Assembly (NCBI GenBank): GCA_043814055.1
Contig: JBDRKL010000004.1
Coordinates: 1 to 64,000 of the forward strand
Length of the DNA: 64,000 bases
Source of the DNA: an archaeon
GTDB taxonomy: Archaea > Undinarchaeota > Undinarchaeia > Undinarchaeales > JBDRKL01
Direction: 5' to 3'
The notes under the pieces were generated by a model. That model was not told the origin of the DNA and made no database searches. It saw only the letters and a list, made by a program, of their open reading frames with translations. Each line of letters begins with the position of its first letter. The stretch's first letter is position 1. Below are positions 47,325-56,879 of the stretch, piece by piece. The position numbers were made by a program, and so were the translations under genes.

Positions 47325-48073
47325 TAAAGGAAACACTACTGCCGAACATTGAAAAGAAGGGCATGCTTGACATGCTCAACAGCGGCAAGCGGCTTGACGG
47401 CCGAAAGTTTGACGAGTTCAGGCCAGTAAGAATTGAGACCGGTGTCTATGAAAGGGCAGAGGGCTCAGCATCTGCCTGGATTGGAAAGACCTTCGTGGCT
47501 GCTGGAATAAAGATAGGCGAGGGCGAGCCATACCCGGACTCACCCAACGTCGGAGTTCTTTCAACTAACGCAGAGCTTTGTCCAATGGCTTCGCCGACTT
47601 TTCAGGCAGGACCGCCTGGAGAAGAGGTCATTGAGATAGCAAGAGTTGTTGACCGCGGAATCCGCGAGTCAAAGGCCATAGAGCTTGAGAAGCTTTGCAT
47701 AGAGCCTGGCGTGAAAACGCGCATGGTCTACATTGACGCGTACATGCTTGACTACCACGGGAACGCTATTGACGCGGCGTCACTTGCCTCAGTTGCTGCC
47801 CTTTACAACACTGAAATTCCAGACTTCGGAAAGCTCCCTATAGTCAAGAAACCGATAGCCAATACATTTATAAAGATTGGCGAAAACATATTGCTCGACC
47901 CAAGCCTTGAAGAAGAGCGCGCAATGGACGCCCGTCTTACTGTGACAATAGAAGACACGGACCGGGTATGCGCGATGCAAAAGGCAGGCAGCGGATTCTG
48001 GATGCAGGACGAGATAATGCAGTGCGTTGAGACCGCGATAAAAATGAGCAAGGACCTAAGGAAACTTATATGA
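47321..48073 (+). CDS. rrp42: Exosome subunit Rrp42
   Basis: [28 protein letters not shown]. Confidence 0.97.
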
Positions 48074-48348
48074 GTAAGACAAAAAAAGTTGGTTCGGCAG
48101 GACGATTTGGCGCCAAGTATGGGCGCAGTGTTAGAATGCAGACTAAAGTAATAGATGCAATTTCTAAGGCAAAGCATGAATGTCCGCGCTGCAGCGGCTT
48201 AAAAGTAACCAGAAAAGCTGCTGGCATTTGGGAATGCTCAAGATGCAAAAGCGTTTTCGCAGGCGGAGCGTATTCTCCGGCAACTCCTGAGCCGACTCTA
48301 AAGAAGGTTGAGGATGCGTTTGAGGCTAAAACTGAAAAACCAAGGTGA
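48070..48348 (+). CDS. rpl37ae: 50S ribosomal protein eL43 (L37ae)
   Basis: GRFGAKYG, CxxC..GIWxCxxC..GGAY. Confidence 0.97.
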   Translation: MSKTKKVGSAGRFGAKYGRSVRMQTKVIDAISKAKHECPRCSGLKVTRKAAGIWECSRCKSVFAGGAYSPATPEPTLKKVEDAFEAKTEKPR

Positions 48349-48406
48349 AAGTAACTACCAAGAAAGCCCAGGGAGAGGCAGAGGAAACTGTTGAGGAGGA
48401 AAACTA

Positions 48407-48483
48407 AATCAAACACAAAGCGACAAGTAATTGCTGCTTCGTGTTGATTTTAAAGCTGATGAAAAGGAGGAAACTTTAAAATG
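48407..48483 (+). repeat. Start-codon-associated hairpin element upstream of rpoP
   Basis: aacac-aaa-gc..gc-ttc-gtgtt hairpin, then ttttaaag-CTGATGAAAAGGAGGAAA-ctttaaaa overlapping ATG. Confidence 0.72.
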
Positions 48484-48624
48484 GTTGAATACAAATGCGG
48501 CTCGTGCAAACACATAGTCAAGGAGCCAAGGGATGCATCAGGAACGCTGCGATGTGTGAAGTGCGGCTATAAGATAATGTTCAAGGCAAGGCAGCCTGTA
48601 GGTACTCACGTCAAGGCGATATAA
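48481..48624 (+). CDS. rpoP: RNA polymerase subunit P (Rpo12); absent from the ORF track (47 aa)
   Basis: MVEYKCGSCK..LRCVKCGYKIMFKAR..VKAI; canonical position. Confidence 0.93.
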   Translation: MVEYKCGSCKHIVKEPRDASGTLRCVKCGYKIMFKARQPVGTHVKAI

Positions 48625-48848
48625 TGCTTGAGAAAGAGCTGCTTATCCAGGTCAAAAACCCAAAAGCAGCGCTCAAGGCGCTTAAGCCAGACATTGACAG
48701 GACAGAGCGCTTTGAGGTTGAGCTAGTTGCAGAGGAAAAGGGAATCCGCATAAAGGCGAAGGCAACCGATGAAGCAGCTCTGAGAGCTGCAATCGGCTCA
48801 TACTCACGTCTCATTGAGATGATTGCAAGCACGGAGGTTAAACTTTAA
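48624..48848 (+). CDS. pcc1: KEOPS subunit Pcc1
   Basis: ALKPD..ALRAAIGSYSRL; position. Confidence 0.85.
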   Translation: MLEKELLIQVKNPKAALKALKPDIDRTERFEVELVAEEKGIRIKAKATDEAALRAAIGSYSRLIEMIASTEVKL

Positions 48849-48849
48849 A

Positions 48850-49209
48850 ATGACTGAACAAATTTCCCCAGAAATACAACAGAAGATTATGGAATTTCAA
48901 GAGGCTCAGCAACAGGCTAGAATGGTTATGACGCAGAAGTACCAGATTGAGATTCAGCTCAGGGAAGTCCAGAATGCGCTGGGTGAGCTGGAAAAGCTGG
49001 AAAAGGCAGAGGTTCACAAGGCTGTAGGCCAGATACTAATCAAGACTGACAAGGCATCAATGACCAAGGAGCTCAAGGACAAGGAAGAAACTCTTGGCGT
49101 CCGGCTCAAGACAATTGAGAAACAAGAGGACAAGCTTAAGGAAAAAATGCAGGGTCTGCAGGACAGGCTTCAGGGCGTAATCGGCCCGGCGCCGAGCGCG
49201 GGCGGTTAG
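48850..49209 (+). CDS. pfdB: Prefoldin subunit beta
   Basis: Coiled coil with VHKAVGQILI hairpin. Confidence 0.95.
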   Translation: MTEQISPEIQQKIMEFQEAQQQARMVMTQKYQIEIQLREVQNALGELEKLEKAEVHKAVGQILIKTDKASMTKELKDKEETLGVRLKTIEKQEDKLKEKMQGLQDRLQGVIGPAPSAGG

Positions 49210-49215
49210 TCTGAA

Positions 49216-50259
49216 ATGGAAGTTCTGCAAGTTCTCAGGGAATCCACTGAAAAGAATATACTTCTTCTAGCGCACCACAACGCGGACCCTGATGCAGTGT
49301 GCAGCGCAATCGCGCTATCCGAAGGGCTCAAGCAAATCGGATGCAAAAGCGTAAGAATTGGATTTGTTGAGAGCATCAGCAAGCTTTCCCAGAAAATTGT
49401 TAACAAGCTTAATTATGAGATAGACCTGAACCCTAACCTGAACGCGGACTTGATTGTTCTTCTTGACACTTCAACAGCGGGCCAGCTCTCAAAAATGGCA
49501 GATAAGTTCAAGAGCGCAAAGGCAGAGAAAATTATCATAGACCACCACACTCCTACAGAGGAGCCGCTTGAGGCGGACCACAAGCTCGTTGACGAGAAAG
49601 CAAGCTCAACTGTTGAGCTTGTCTACGACCTGCTCAAGGAACTCGGTGTGGAAATTTCAAAAGAGGTTGCTGAAGCAATGTGCTTCGGCCTCGTCGCAGA
49701 GACAGCGCACCTGCAGTTCGCCACGCCAAAAGTTTTCAGGATTCTTGCCGATCTTCAGGAAAAGCACGGCATAGTGCATCAGGATATTCTTGAACTCCTT
49801 CGGACTCAAGTTGACGTGTCTGAAAAAATCGCGCACTTCAAGGCAGCGGGCCGGACAAACGTTACCCGCGTCAAGAACTATCTCATAGTCACAACACGCG
49901 TTGGCTCTTTTGAGGCCTCGTGCGCCCGTGCGTTAATGAGAATGGGTGCTGACCTTGCTGCGGTCTCGTCCAAGCCGGATGAGCTTCGCATAAGCATGCG
50001 CTCTTCGCATAGTTTCCTCACTGAAACCGGCATAGACCTTGGCAGGGACATAATGCCAGGGCTCATAAAAATCATAGACGGAACCGGAAGCGGTCACCCG
50101 ACAGCAGCAGGCGCCAACGGCAATGCGCTTGACAAGGAAAAGGAAGCGATGGCATTCATAGTTTCATTTGTCCAAAATAAACTGGAGAATCAGCACACGT
50201 TGCAAAGCAACGTGTGCGTGACAGCCGCTGATAAAAAGAAGGGAGTGGCTGGAAAATGA
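49216..50259 (+). CDS. DHH family phosphoesterase
   Basis: HHNADPDA, DTS, IDHH, GSGHPTAAG. Confidence 0.92.
   Translation: MEVLQVLRESTEKNILLLAHHNADPDAVCSAIALSEGLKQIGCKSVRIGFVESISKLSQKIVNKLNYEIDLNPNLNADLIVLLDTSTAGQLSKMADKFKSAKAEKIIIDHHTPTEEPLEADHKLVDEKASSTVELVYDLLKELGVEISKEVAEAMCFGLVAETAHLQFATPKVFRILADLQEKHGIVHQDILELLRTQVDVSEKIAHFKAAGRTNVTRVKNYLIVTTRVGSFEASCARALMRMGADLAAVSSKPDELRISMRSSHSFLTETGIDLGRDIMPGLIKIIDGTGSGHPTAAGANGNALDKEKEAMAFIVSFVQNKLENQHTLQSNVCVTAADKKKGVAGK
50187..50258 (+). repeat. Start-codon-associated hairpin element translated as the DHH C-terminal tail
   Basis: Perfect 11-bp hairpin gcacacgttgc-aaa-gcaacgtgtgc, then cagccgc-TGATAAAAAGAAGGGA-gtggctg before ATG. Confidence 0.7.
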
Positions 50260-50507
50260 ATCAACTAATCCAGGAAATCTGCGAGACCTTTGAAGACATA
50301 GCCTGTAGCGACGGCGTGCCGCGCAACATCAAGGACTGCGCTAAGAACATTTCCACAATAGTTGGCAACGATTCGGAGACCCTAAGCAGCAGAAAAGAGC
50401 GCGCCCTAACTTTGCTAACTGGCATGATTAATGATCCAAACATAGATACTCCGACCCAAATGTCGCTTTACAATGCGATGAGCGTCGTGGAGTCATTGGA
50501 CCTATAA
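50256..50507 (+). CDS. UPF0147 family protein
   Basis: D.VPRNIK..NDPNI motif. Confidence 0.85.
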   Translation: MNQLIQEICETFEDIACSDGVPRNIKDCAKNISTIVGNDSETLSSRKERALTLLTGMINDPNIDTPTQMSLYNAMSVVESLDL

Positions 50508-50561
50508 AACGAAAGAGAAAAACATATATAAGGCAAATGCGCCTAATACGGAATATAACCA

Positions 50562-51008
50562 ATGGGCATGATAGACAACATTTTTGGACCAAAGCACAAG
50601 GTGGCAAAAGCACACACCTCAGTTTCACGTGAACCAAAGTACGTGGAAGTTGATTGGAAGAGCCACGAGCAAGCAGCCAGGGAATACGTGCGAGTTGTGA
50701 ATCTCAATGATTTCGCAGACGTAGAGACTATCTTGGACGTTCTCCGAGAGAGAAACAGCATCGTAATCCTCAAGATCAAGCCAAGGCTTGTAGAGGAGAA
50801 GATGGAGCTCAAGCGCGCACTGAAGAGAATCCAGAGGACATGCCAGGCAATCGGTGGCGACATCGCGGGAATCAAGGAAGACATAATTGTGATAACCCCT
50901 CCGAATGTTGCAATCTGGCGCTCAGGCGAATCTGTAATAAGAAAGCCAATCGCTTCTGACGACGACGCTGACGTGCGAGTCTTCTCTGACGACGCTGACG
51001 CTGAGTAA
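50562..51008 (+). CDS. sepF: Cell division protein SepF
   Basis: IVILKI..GGDIAGI..IVITP. Confidence 0.88.
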   Translation: MGMIDNIFGPKHKVAKAHTSVSREPKYVEVDWKSHEQAAREYVRVVNLNDFADVETILDVLRERNSIVILKIKPRLVEEKMELKRALKRIQRTCQAIGGDIAGIKEDIIVITPPNVAIWRSGESVIRKPIASDDDADVRVFSDDADAE

Positions 51009-51042
51009 AGCTAATTTTAAGGTATGGAATTGTTTTGCTTAG

Positions 51043-51274
51043 CGACCTTTTTATTTGTTAATTTTGTGAAAAAAGCTCAGACGCGCAACAGCGCGTTGAG
51101 CAACCCGCTGTCGCGGGTTTGCTGGACCAAAAAGAAAATTGCTTCGCAATTTTGTGCGCCTTCGGCGCTACCTAAGTCTTATAGCTTCCAAGTTCTTCAT
51201 CGCGTAAGTATCCAAACTATACATCTGTGTGCAACCTTTTTCTGTGAAGTTTGTCAAAAAAGGTTGATCAAAAA
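51043..51274. repeat. Composite/nested palindromic repeat region
   Basis: Two CAACCTTTTT..AAAAAG-type units; nested hairpins at 51078-51122; aaaattgc-ttc-gcaatttt; gcgcc-ttc-ggcgc. Confidence 0.7.
51168..51226 (-). repeat. Duplicate of the aCPSF1 3' end (att-like), synonymously recoded
   Basis: 34 bp identical (51193-51226 vs 51361-51394), then 8 substitutions that are all silent. Confidence 0.9.
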
Positions 51275-51335
51275 CAAGGTGCCATAAGATATTTGTCAGG
51301 CAATGGCACTACCAATCAATTTGTTTTAATCCAAC

Positions 51336-53246
51336 TTATCTGAGCCGTATAGCCTCTAAATTCTTCATCGCGTAAGTATCCAAACTATACATCTTGTGAA
51401 GCGAGCTCGCCAGGTCAAGGCACTTTGTGTGGTCTCCGTGGACAACGAGCACGCGGTCCGGCTTCGGGTTTAAATTCCCGACAAACCTCATCAGCGAATT
51501 CCTGTCGCTGTGACCTGAGAATCCCTCTATGGTATCAACCTGCATTTTCACTTCAGTTATTTCCTGTTTGCCCTTCTGGTTTTCAATCGTTACCTTATCC
51601 CAACCCTTTTGTATTCTTTTACCCATCGAGCCCTCGGCTTGGTATGAAACAAAAACAAGATGGTTCTTCGGGTTATCAGCAAGGTGTCTTAAGTACTCAA
51701 CGCTCGGCCCGCCTGCGAGCATTCCAGAAGTTGCCAGTATGACCGCTGGCTCAGCGCTTTCTATGAGCGCCTTCCTCTCCTTCTGGCTTCCAATCCTCTT
51801 GAATATCGGTGACATGAATGGGTTCTGATCCTCGTGGAATATGAGCTGCCTCAGCCCCTTGGACAAGCACTCCGGATATGCGGTGTGTATCGCTGTCGCG
51901 TCCCATATCATCCCGTCAAGGTAAACGTGGATATCCTCTCGCTTGGTTCTGCGCGCCCACTTCTCCAGCACGATCATGACTTCCTGCGCCCTTCCAACAG
52001 CGAGCACAGGGATGAGCACCTTGGACTTGGTTCCTATCGCTTTTTCAATTATGCTGATGAGTTTTGCTTCCCCATCCCTTGCCGATGGTTGTATGTCGTT
52101 CTTGCCGCCATATGTGCTCTCCATTATGAGCGTTTCAAGCCGCATGAATTTTGAAGTCGCACCCTCAAAGAGGTTGGTTGGCTCGCATTTGATGTCGCCC
52201 GTGTATATGATATTGTGCAGACCCTCGCCGATGTGCAGGTGCACCTGCGAACTGCCAAGTATGTGCCCAGCGTTGTAAAGCGTCAGGCGAATATCTGAAG
52301 CAATGTCCGTAACCTCTCCATATTCAAGCGATATGCTGTGCTTAATTACTTCCTGGATTTCCTTGTTTGTGTACGGGACTTTCTTGCCCTCGCGTTGTGC
52401 AATGTCAACATAATCAAGCTGAAGCAAAGTCATTAAATCCCTCGTTGGAGCGGTACAATAAACAGGTCCGTCATATTCATATTTGTAAAGATAAGGCAGG
52501 AATCCGCTGTGGTCCAGGTGGGCGTGGCTTATAACAACTGCATCCAGGCTCTTAAGGTCAAACTCTGGAGCGTTCAGGTACGGGTAAGCGTTTGGCCCGT
52601 CTATCGCAACGTTCACGCCGCAGTCAAGCAGGACCTTGCTGTCCGGAGTTTGCACAAGATTGCAGCTCCTTCCAACTTCTCTTGAACCGCCAAGCGCAGA
52701 AATCCTAATCCACCGTGAATCATCACCCTCGGCGGAGTCCAGCATTGCACTTGGTTTCACTTTCTTCCCAAGCGACTCCAAGAACTTGCCCCTGTCGTCA
52801 AGGTTTGTGTAAAGAACATGCCGTATTGTCGTGATTATTTTTGAAGGAATTACAGGTGTTCTCTCAACGCGCGGAGACCACTTAATGTGTTTCTTTATCT
52901 CGTGCAGTGTCGTCCCATTCTTGCCTATGACAAGCCCTGGTTTCTTCGCCTCCACAATAACCCTGCTAGTGTTTTTTAAAAATGTAATCTCAGTAATCTC
53001 CGCCTCTTTCGGAACAAGCTCATTTATGACCTTCTTCGCAAGATCCTGGTCCACAAGAATTGACTCGTCTGCCCTCAGGTCAACGCGCTTCTTGTACTTG
53101 TCCACGAGCTTCTTTATTATCTCAGAGTGCTCGGCGAAATACTCCGGAATGGGTGTGTAAATAACGATGTTAGAGCCTTCCAGCCGTGCATCGCTTACCT
53201 CAGCGTCTTTTGGTAATTCCTTTTGTAATTCCTCTAAAAATGCCAT
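51336..53246 (-). CDS. fttA: beta-CASP ribonuclease aCPSF1 (FttA)
   Basis: KH domains, SHAHLDH, GHILGS, FSGHSD. Confidence 0.97.
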   Translation of the reverse strand: MAFLEELQKELPKDAEVSDARLEGSNIVIYTPIPEYFAEHSEIIKKLVDKYKKRVDLRADESILVDQDLAKKVINELVPKEAEITEITFLKNTSRVIVEAKKPGLVIGKNGTTLHEIKKHIKWSPRVERTPVIPSKIITTIRHVLYTNLDDRGKFLESLGKKVKPSAMLDSAEGDDSRWIRISALGGSREVGRSCNLVQTPDSKVLLDCGVNVAIDGPNAYPYLNAPEFDLKSLDAVVISHAHLDHSGFLPYLYKYEYDGPVYCTAPTRDLMTLLQLDYVDIAQREGKKVPYTNKEIQEVIKHSISLEYGEVTDIASDIRLTLYNAGHILGSSQVHLHIGEGLHNIIYTGDIKCEPTNLFEGATSKFMRLETLIMESTYGGKNDIQPSARDGEAKLISIIEKAIGTKSKVLIPVLAVGRAQEVMIVLEKWARRTKREDIHVYLDGMIWDATAIHTAYPECLSKGLRQLIFHEDQNPFMSPIFKRIGSQKERKALIESAEPAVILATSGMLAGGPSVEYLRHLADNPKNHLVFVSYQAEGSMGKRIQKGWDKVTIENQKGKQEITEVKMQVDTIEGFSGHSDRNSLMRFVGNLNPKPDRVLVVHGDHTKCLDLASSLHKMYSLDTYAMKNLEAIRLR

Positions 53247-53279
53247 TTAAATCCCTGCGTTAGTTGTTGACAATAAACT

Positions 53280-53933
53280 CTATCCTTTTATGCTTGCAAG
53301 TCCGTTGTAGATGGTCTGTATGGTCTCTTCCGGCACGCGCTCAAGCCCGTTTTCTTTTATGGTTATGACATCAACGCCATTGCCTGTTCCAGCATCTCTC
53401 TCAAGCGCCGCCCTTATGCACTTTACCGCAAGCTTGATCCCCTCTTCAACTGTTATGGTCTCGTTGTACTGGGTCTCAAGCACACCATATGCGGTCAATG
53501 AGCCTGAGCCTGTTGAGCACACGCTCTTCTCGGACATCCCCCCTATTGGGTCCAGTTCAAATATGGTCGGCTTTTCGTCGTAGCCGCCGACTATGAGTTG
53601 TGCCATCAGGGGATAAAACCTGTTGCTGTGCAGTATGTTTGAAAGAAGGGTTGAAGCGCTCTTTACGCTCATTGGCTTGCCGTCCATCTTGTAAAGCGCT
53701 GTCTGCGCGCGCATGTTCCTTACGAGCACCTGATTGTCCGCGACCATTCCTGCGGTTGTCATCGCGAGCTTGTCATCTATCTGGTATATCTTCTGCGCGT
53801 CCTTGTCCGCTATGAAGAAGCCCATTGTGGCTCTCCTGTCAGATGCCAATACAACGCCGTCAGCGCAGATAAAACCAACTGTAGTTGTGCCTTTCAAATA
53901 TTTTTTAACTTTTTCTTCGTCCAAAAACTCCAC
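53280..53933 (-). CDS. psmB: Proteasome subunit beta
   Basis: KG/TTT processing site, DRRAT, TGSGS. Confidence 0.97.
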   Translation of the reverse strand: MEFLDEEKVKKYLKGTTTVGFICADGVVLASDRRATMGFFIADKDAQKIYQIDDKLAMTTAGMVADNQVLVRNMRAQTALYKMDGKPMSVKSASTLLSNILHSNRFYPLMAQLIVGGYDEKPTIFELDPIGGMSEKSVCSTGSGSLTAYGVLETQYNETITVEEGIKLAVKCIRAALERDAGTGNGVDVITIKENGLERVPEETIQTIYNGLASIKG

Positions 53934-54016
53934 CTCTAATATTCTAAAACGTGCTCAGTTGCATCGTTTCTATCGGAAGGATGGTTTATATACTTTATGA
54001 TTCAAATAATTGGAAA

Positions 54017-55231
54017 ATGACAATAGAAAAAATAATCCTACGCGAAATACTGGATTCCCGGGGTAATACCACTGTAGAAGCCGAGGTTTCATCCGCGGAT
54101 TTCACTGCAATAGCCTCTGCGCCGTCAGGCGCCTCGGTCGGCACGCACGAAGTGCAGGCGTTTCCAAAAGGCGGAACAGAAGAGGCAGTTTCAGTATTCA
54201 ACACGAACTTCAGGGACAAGCTCAAGGGGCACGAGGCGAACTACCATGAGTTTGAGAAGACTCTCAGCGACTTGAACGCAATTGGCGAGCTCGGCGGGAA
54301 CTCATTCCTCGCATTGACGCTCGCGGTTGCAAAGCTTCACGCTGCGATTTCAGGCATTGACCTTTACGAGATCTTCGGCTCAAGCTACACTCTTCCCTAC
54401 CCAATCGGCAACGTAATCGGCGGCGGAGTTCACTCTGGCCCTGGTAGTCCGGAGATTCAGGAATTCATGTGCATACCTGTTGGGGCAAAAACATTCAAGG
54501 ATGCGGCACTCGCAAACTGCGCAGTCCACAAGACCATAGGCAAGAAGCTTATGGAGCTGGACAAGAATTTCACTCGCGGCAGGAGCGACGAGGGCGCCTG
54601 GGCACCTGCAATCAAGCGCGAGAAAGCATTGGAAATACTTACAGAGGCATGCGCTGCGGTTTCGGACAAAGTTGGCTTTGATGTGAAAGGCGCCTTGGAC
54701 CTGGCCGCCTCTGAATTCTACGACACCAAAGAAGGCAGTTACGCTTACAAGGACTCAAAAAAGACCACAGAAGAGCAGGTTGAATATGTTGCCTCACTCA
54801 TAGATGAGCACGGCCTCTTCTACGTGGAAGACCCTTTTCACGAGGATGACTTTGACGGGTTCACAGCTCTTACAAAGCAGTCTGGCTCAAAATGCCTGAT
54901 TGTTGGTGACGACCTCACAGTAACAAACACTGAAAGATTGCAGAAGGCAATCGGGCTCAAGGCCTGCAACGCGCTCATCGTGAAGCCTAATCAGATTGCC
55001 TCGCTCGTGGAGACAGAAAAGGTTATAAAGCTCGCAAAGGATAGTAACGTTCTCCCTATCGTATCACACAGGTCCGGGGAGACAACTGACAATTCAATAG
55101 CGCACATTGCGGTCGGTTTCTCATTGCCTATCATAAAGACGGGCGCGGTCGGCGGCGAACGGCTCGCAAAGATAAACGAGCTAATTCGGCTTGAAGAAAA
55201 GATCGGCGCAAAAATGGCAAAATTACACTAA
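54017..55231 (+). CDS. eno: Enolase
   Basis: DSRGN, PSGAS, QEFM, EDP, GDDL, KPNQI, SHRSGET. Confidence 0.96.
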   Translation: MTIEKIILREILDSRGNTTVEAEVSSADFTAIASAPSGASVGTHEVQAFPKGGTEEAVSVFNTNFRDKLKGHEANYHEFEKTLSDLNAIGELGGNSFLALTLAVAKLHAAISGIDLYEIFGSSYTLPYPIGNVIGGGVHSGPGSPEIQEFMCIPVGAKTFKDAALANCAVHKTIGKKLMELDKNFTRGRSDEGAWAPAIKREKALEILTEACAAVSDKVGFDVKGALDLAASEFYDTKEGSYAYKDSKKTTEEQVEYVASLIDEHGLFYVEDPFHEDDFDGFTALTKQSGSKCLIVGDDLTVTNTERLQKAIGLKACNALIVKPNQIASLVETEKVIKLAKDSNVLPIVSHRSGETTDNSIAHIAVGFSLPIIKTGAVGGERLAKINELIRLEEKIGAKMAKLH

Positions 55232-56004
55232 TGGAAAAGAAAGACGAAAAACCAGAGGAAACAAAGCCCGAGCTTCCAGCTAAAGAAGAGAAAAAGGCAG
55301 AAAAGAAAGAAGCTGTACTTAAGGACTCAGAAGCAAAAGAGAGCTCAACAGGATTGGTTCCGCTTGACATTTATCTAGCTGCTGGAGTGCACATCGGCAC
55401 GCAGCGCAAGCTTAACGACATGAAGAAGTTTATTTACAAAGTAAGGGCAGACGGTCTTTCAGTTCTTGATATAGGCACAATTGACAAGCGCATCGGAATA
55501 GTCGCGAACTTCCTTGCGCAGTACACTCCTGAAAAAATTGTTGTCGTATGTGCAAGAGACGTTGGCAAGCGGCCTGCGAAGAAGTTCGCCGAGATGATTG
55601 GCGCAACTCCAATTATTACGCGTTTCATGCCAGGTTCGCTCACAAATCCTGATTACGAGAAATACTTTGAGCCTGAGGTTATGTTTGTTGCAGATCCAGG
55701 GGCGGACAAGCAGGCTGTGCTTGAAGCCTTGAAAATGAACATGCCGATTGTGGCTCTCTGCGATACTAACAACATGACACAGCACCTTGACGTGATTCTG
55801 CCTGTAAACAACAAGGGCAAGAAGTCGCTCGCACTCGTTTACTGGCTGCTCGCCCGCGAGGTTCTCAAGAAGCAGGGCAAGATAAAGAAGGACGACGAGT
55901 TCAAGGTCAAGGTTGAGGACTTTGAGGGCGAAGAGTCCGCACCGCGCAGAGCGCCGCCGAGCAAAGAACCGAGCAGGGATTCGCGCAGAGGCTCTCGCAG
56001 ATAA
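55231..56004 (+). CDS. rps2: 30S ribosomal protein uS2
   Basis: LAAGVHIG, RFMPGSLTNP, PVNNKG. Confidence 0.97.
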   Translation: MEKKDEKPEETKPELPAKEEKKAEKKEAVLKDSEAKESSTGLVPLDIYLAAGVHIGTQRKLNDMKKFIYKVRADGLSVLDIGTIDKRIGIVANFLAQYTPEKIVVVCARDVGKRPAKKFAEMIGATPIITRFMPGSLTNPDYEKYFEPEVMFVADPGADKQAVLEALKMNMPIVALCDTNNMTQHLDVILPVNNKGKKSLALVYWLLAREVLKKQGKIKKDDEFKVKVEDFEGEESAPRRAPPSKEPSRDSRRGSRR

Positions 56005-56048
56005 TACTGAACAAATAAGATTTATACTATCTTTTTGAATTAGTTTCT

Positions 56049-56870
56049 ATGATTAGACCCCCCGCTGTTGCAGGAACATTTTATCCGCTCAGCACAGAGG
56101 ACTTGAACAAGGCAATTGCAAATTGCTTTACGCGCGAGTTCGGCGCAGGAACTCCTAAATCAAAGGGCGAGAAAGTTATCGCAGCCGTGGTGCCGCACGC
56201 TGGTTACACATACTCCGGCCCTGTTGCAACGTACATTTACAAAAAGCTCAAGAATTCTGAAACCAAAACCTACGTAATCCTCGGGCCGAACCACACCGGA
56301 GCAGGGCCGGCAATTTCAATAATGGCGAATGGCAAATGGGCTACTCCGCTTGGGCAGGTTGAAATTGACGCAGAGCTTGCCGCGCGAATACTCTCGGACT
56401 TCCCGGATGCTGAGATAGATGAGACTGCTCACGTAGGGGAGCACTCAATTGAGGTTCAGCTTCCTTTCCTTCAATACGTTGCAAAAGATTTCAAAATAGT
56501 TCCAATCTGCATGATGGACCAGAGCCCTGCAACCGCAATCTCAATGGGCAGGGCGCTTGCTACTGCGTGCGATGACTCAGTTACAGTCCTGGCGAGCTCA
56601 GACTTCACTCACTTTGAGCCCCAGCCCATTGCTTCTGAAAAAGACCACGAGGCAATCTCAGCTATTGAAAAGCTTGACATTGAAAAATTCTACTCAATCC
56701 TCCAGAACTACTCAATGAGCGTGTGCGGCTACGGGCCAATCATCGCGGCGATGGCTTATGCGAAGGAGAAAGGCGCGAAGGCAGGAAAGCTTTTGCAGTA
56801 CGCGACTTCAGGTGATATTACTGGAGATAAAACAAGCGTAGTTGGTTATGCAGCTATTGAGTTTGAGTGA
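56049..56870 (+). CDS. MEMO1/AmmeMemoRadiSam protein B
   Basis: RPPAVAGTFYP, PHAGY, EHSIEVQLPF, SSDFTH, CGYGP. Confidence 0.95.
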   Translation: MIRPPAVAGTFYPLSTEDLNKAIANCFTREFGAGTPKSKGEKVIAAVVPHAGYTYSGPVATYIYKKLKNSETKTYVILGPNHTGAGPAISIMANGKWATPLGQVEIDAELAARILSDFPDAEIDETAHVGEHSIEVQLPFLQYVAKDFKIVPICMMDQSPATAISMGRALATACDDSVTVLASSDFTHFEPQPIASEKDHEAISAIEKLDIEKFYSILQNYSMSVCGYGPIIAAMAYAKEKGAKAGKLLQYATSGDITGDKTSVVGYAAIEFE

Positions 56871-56879
56871 GCTTGTTCG

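Noticed and set aside
48330-48407. Possible frameshift in rpl37ae (an A5 run; one more A would add KVKVTTKKAQGEAEETVEEEN)
   Set aside because: Affects only a non-conserved tail; more likely a neutral indel or sequencing error than programmed frameshifting.
48449-48480. CTGATGA...GAAA resembling a hammerhead ribozyme core
   Set aside because: The flanks pair with each other rather than forming stems I and III, there is no stem II, and sister copies read CTGATAA.
50955-51005. Short duplicated SDDDAD repeat at the sepF end
   Set aside because: Ordinary low-complexity acidic tail.
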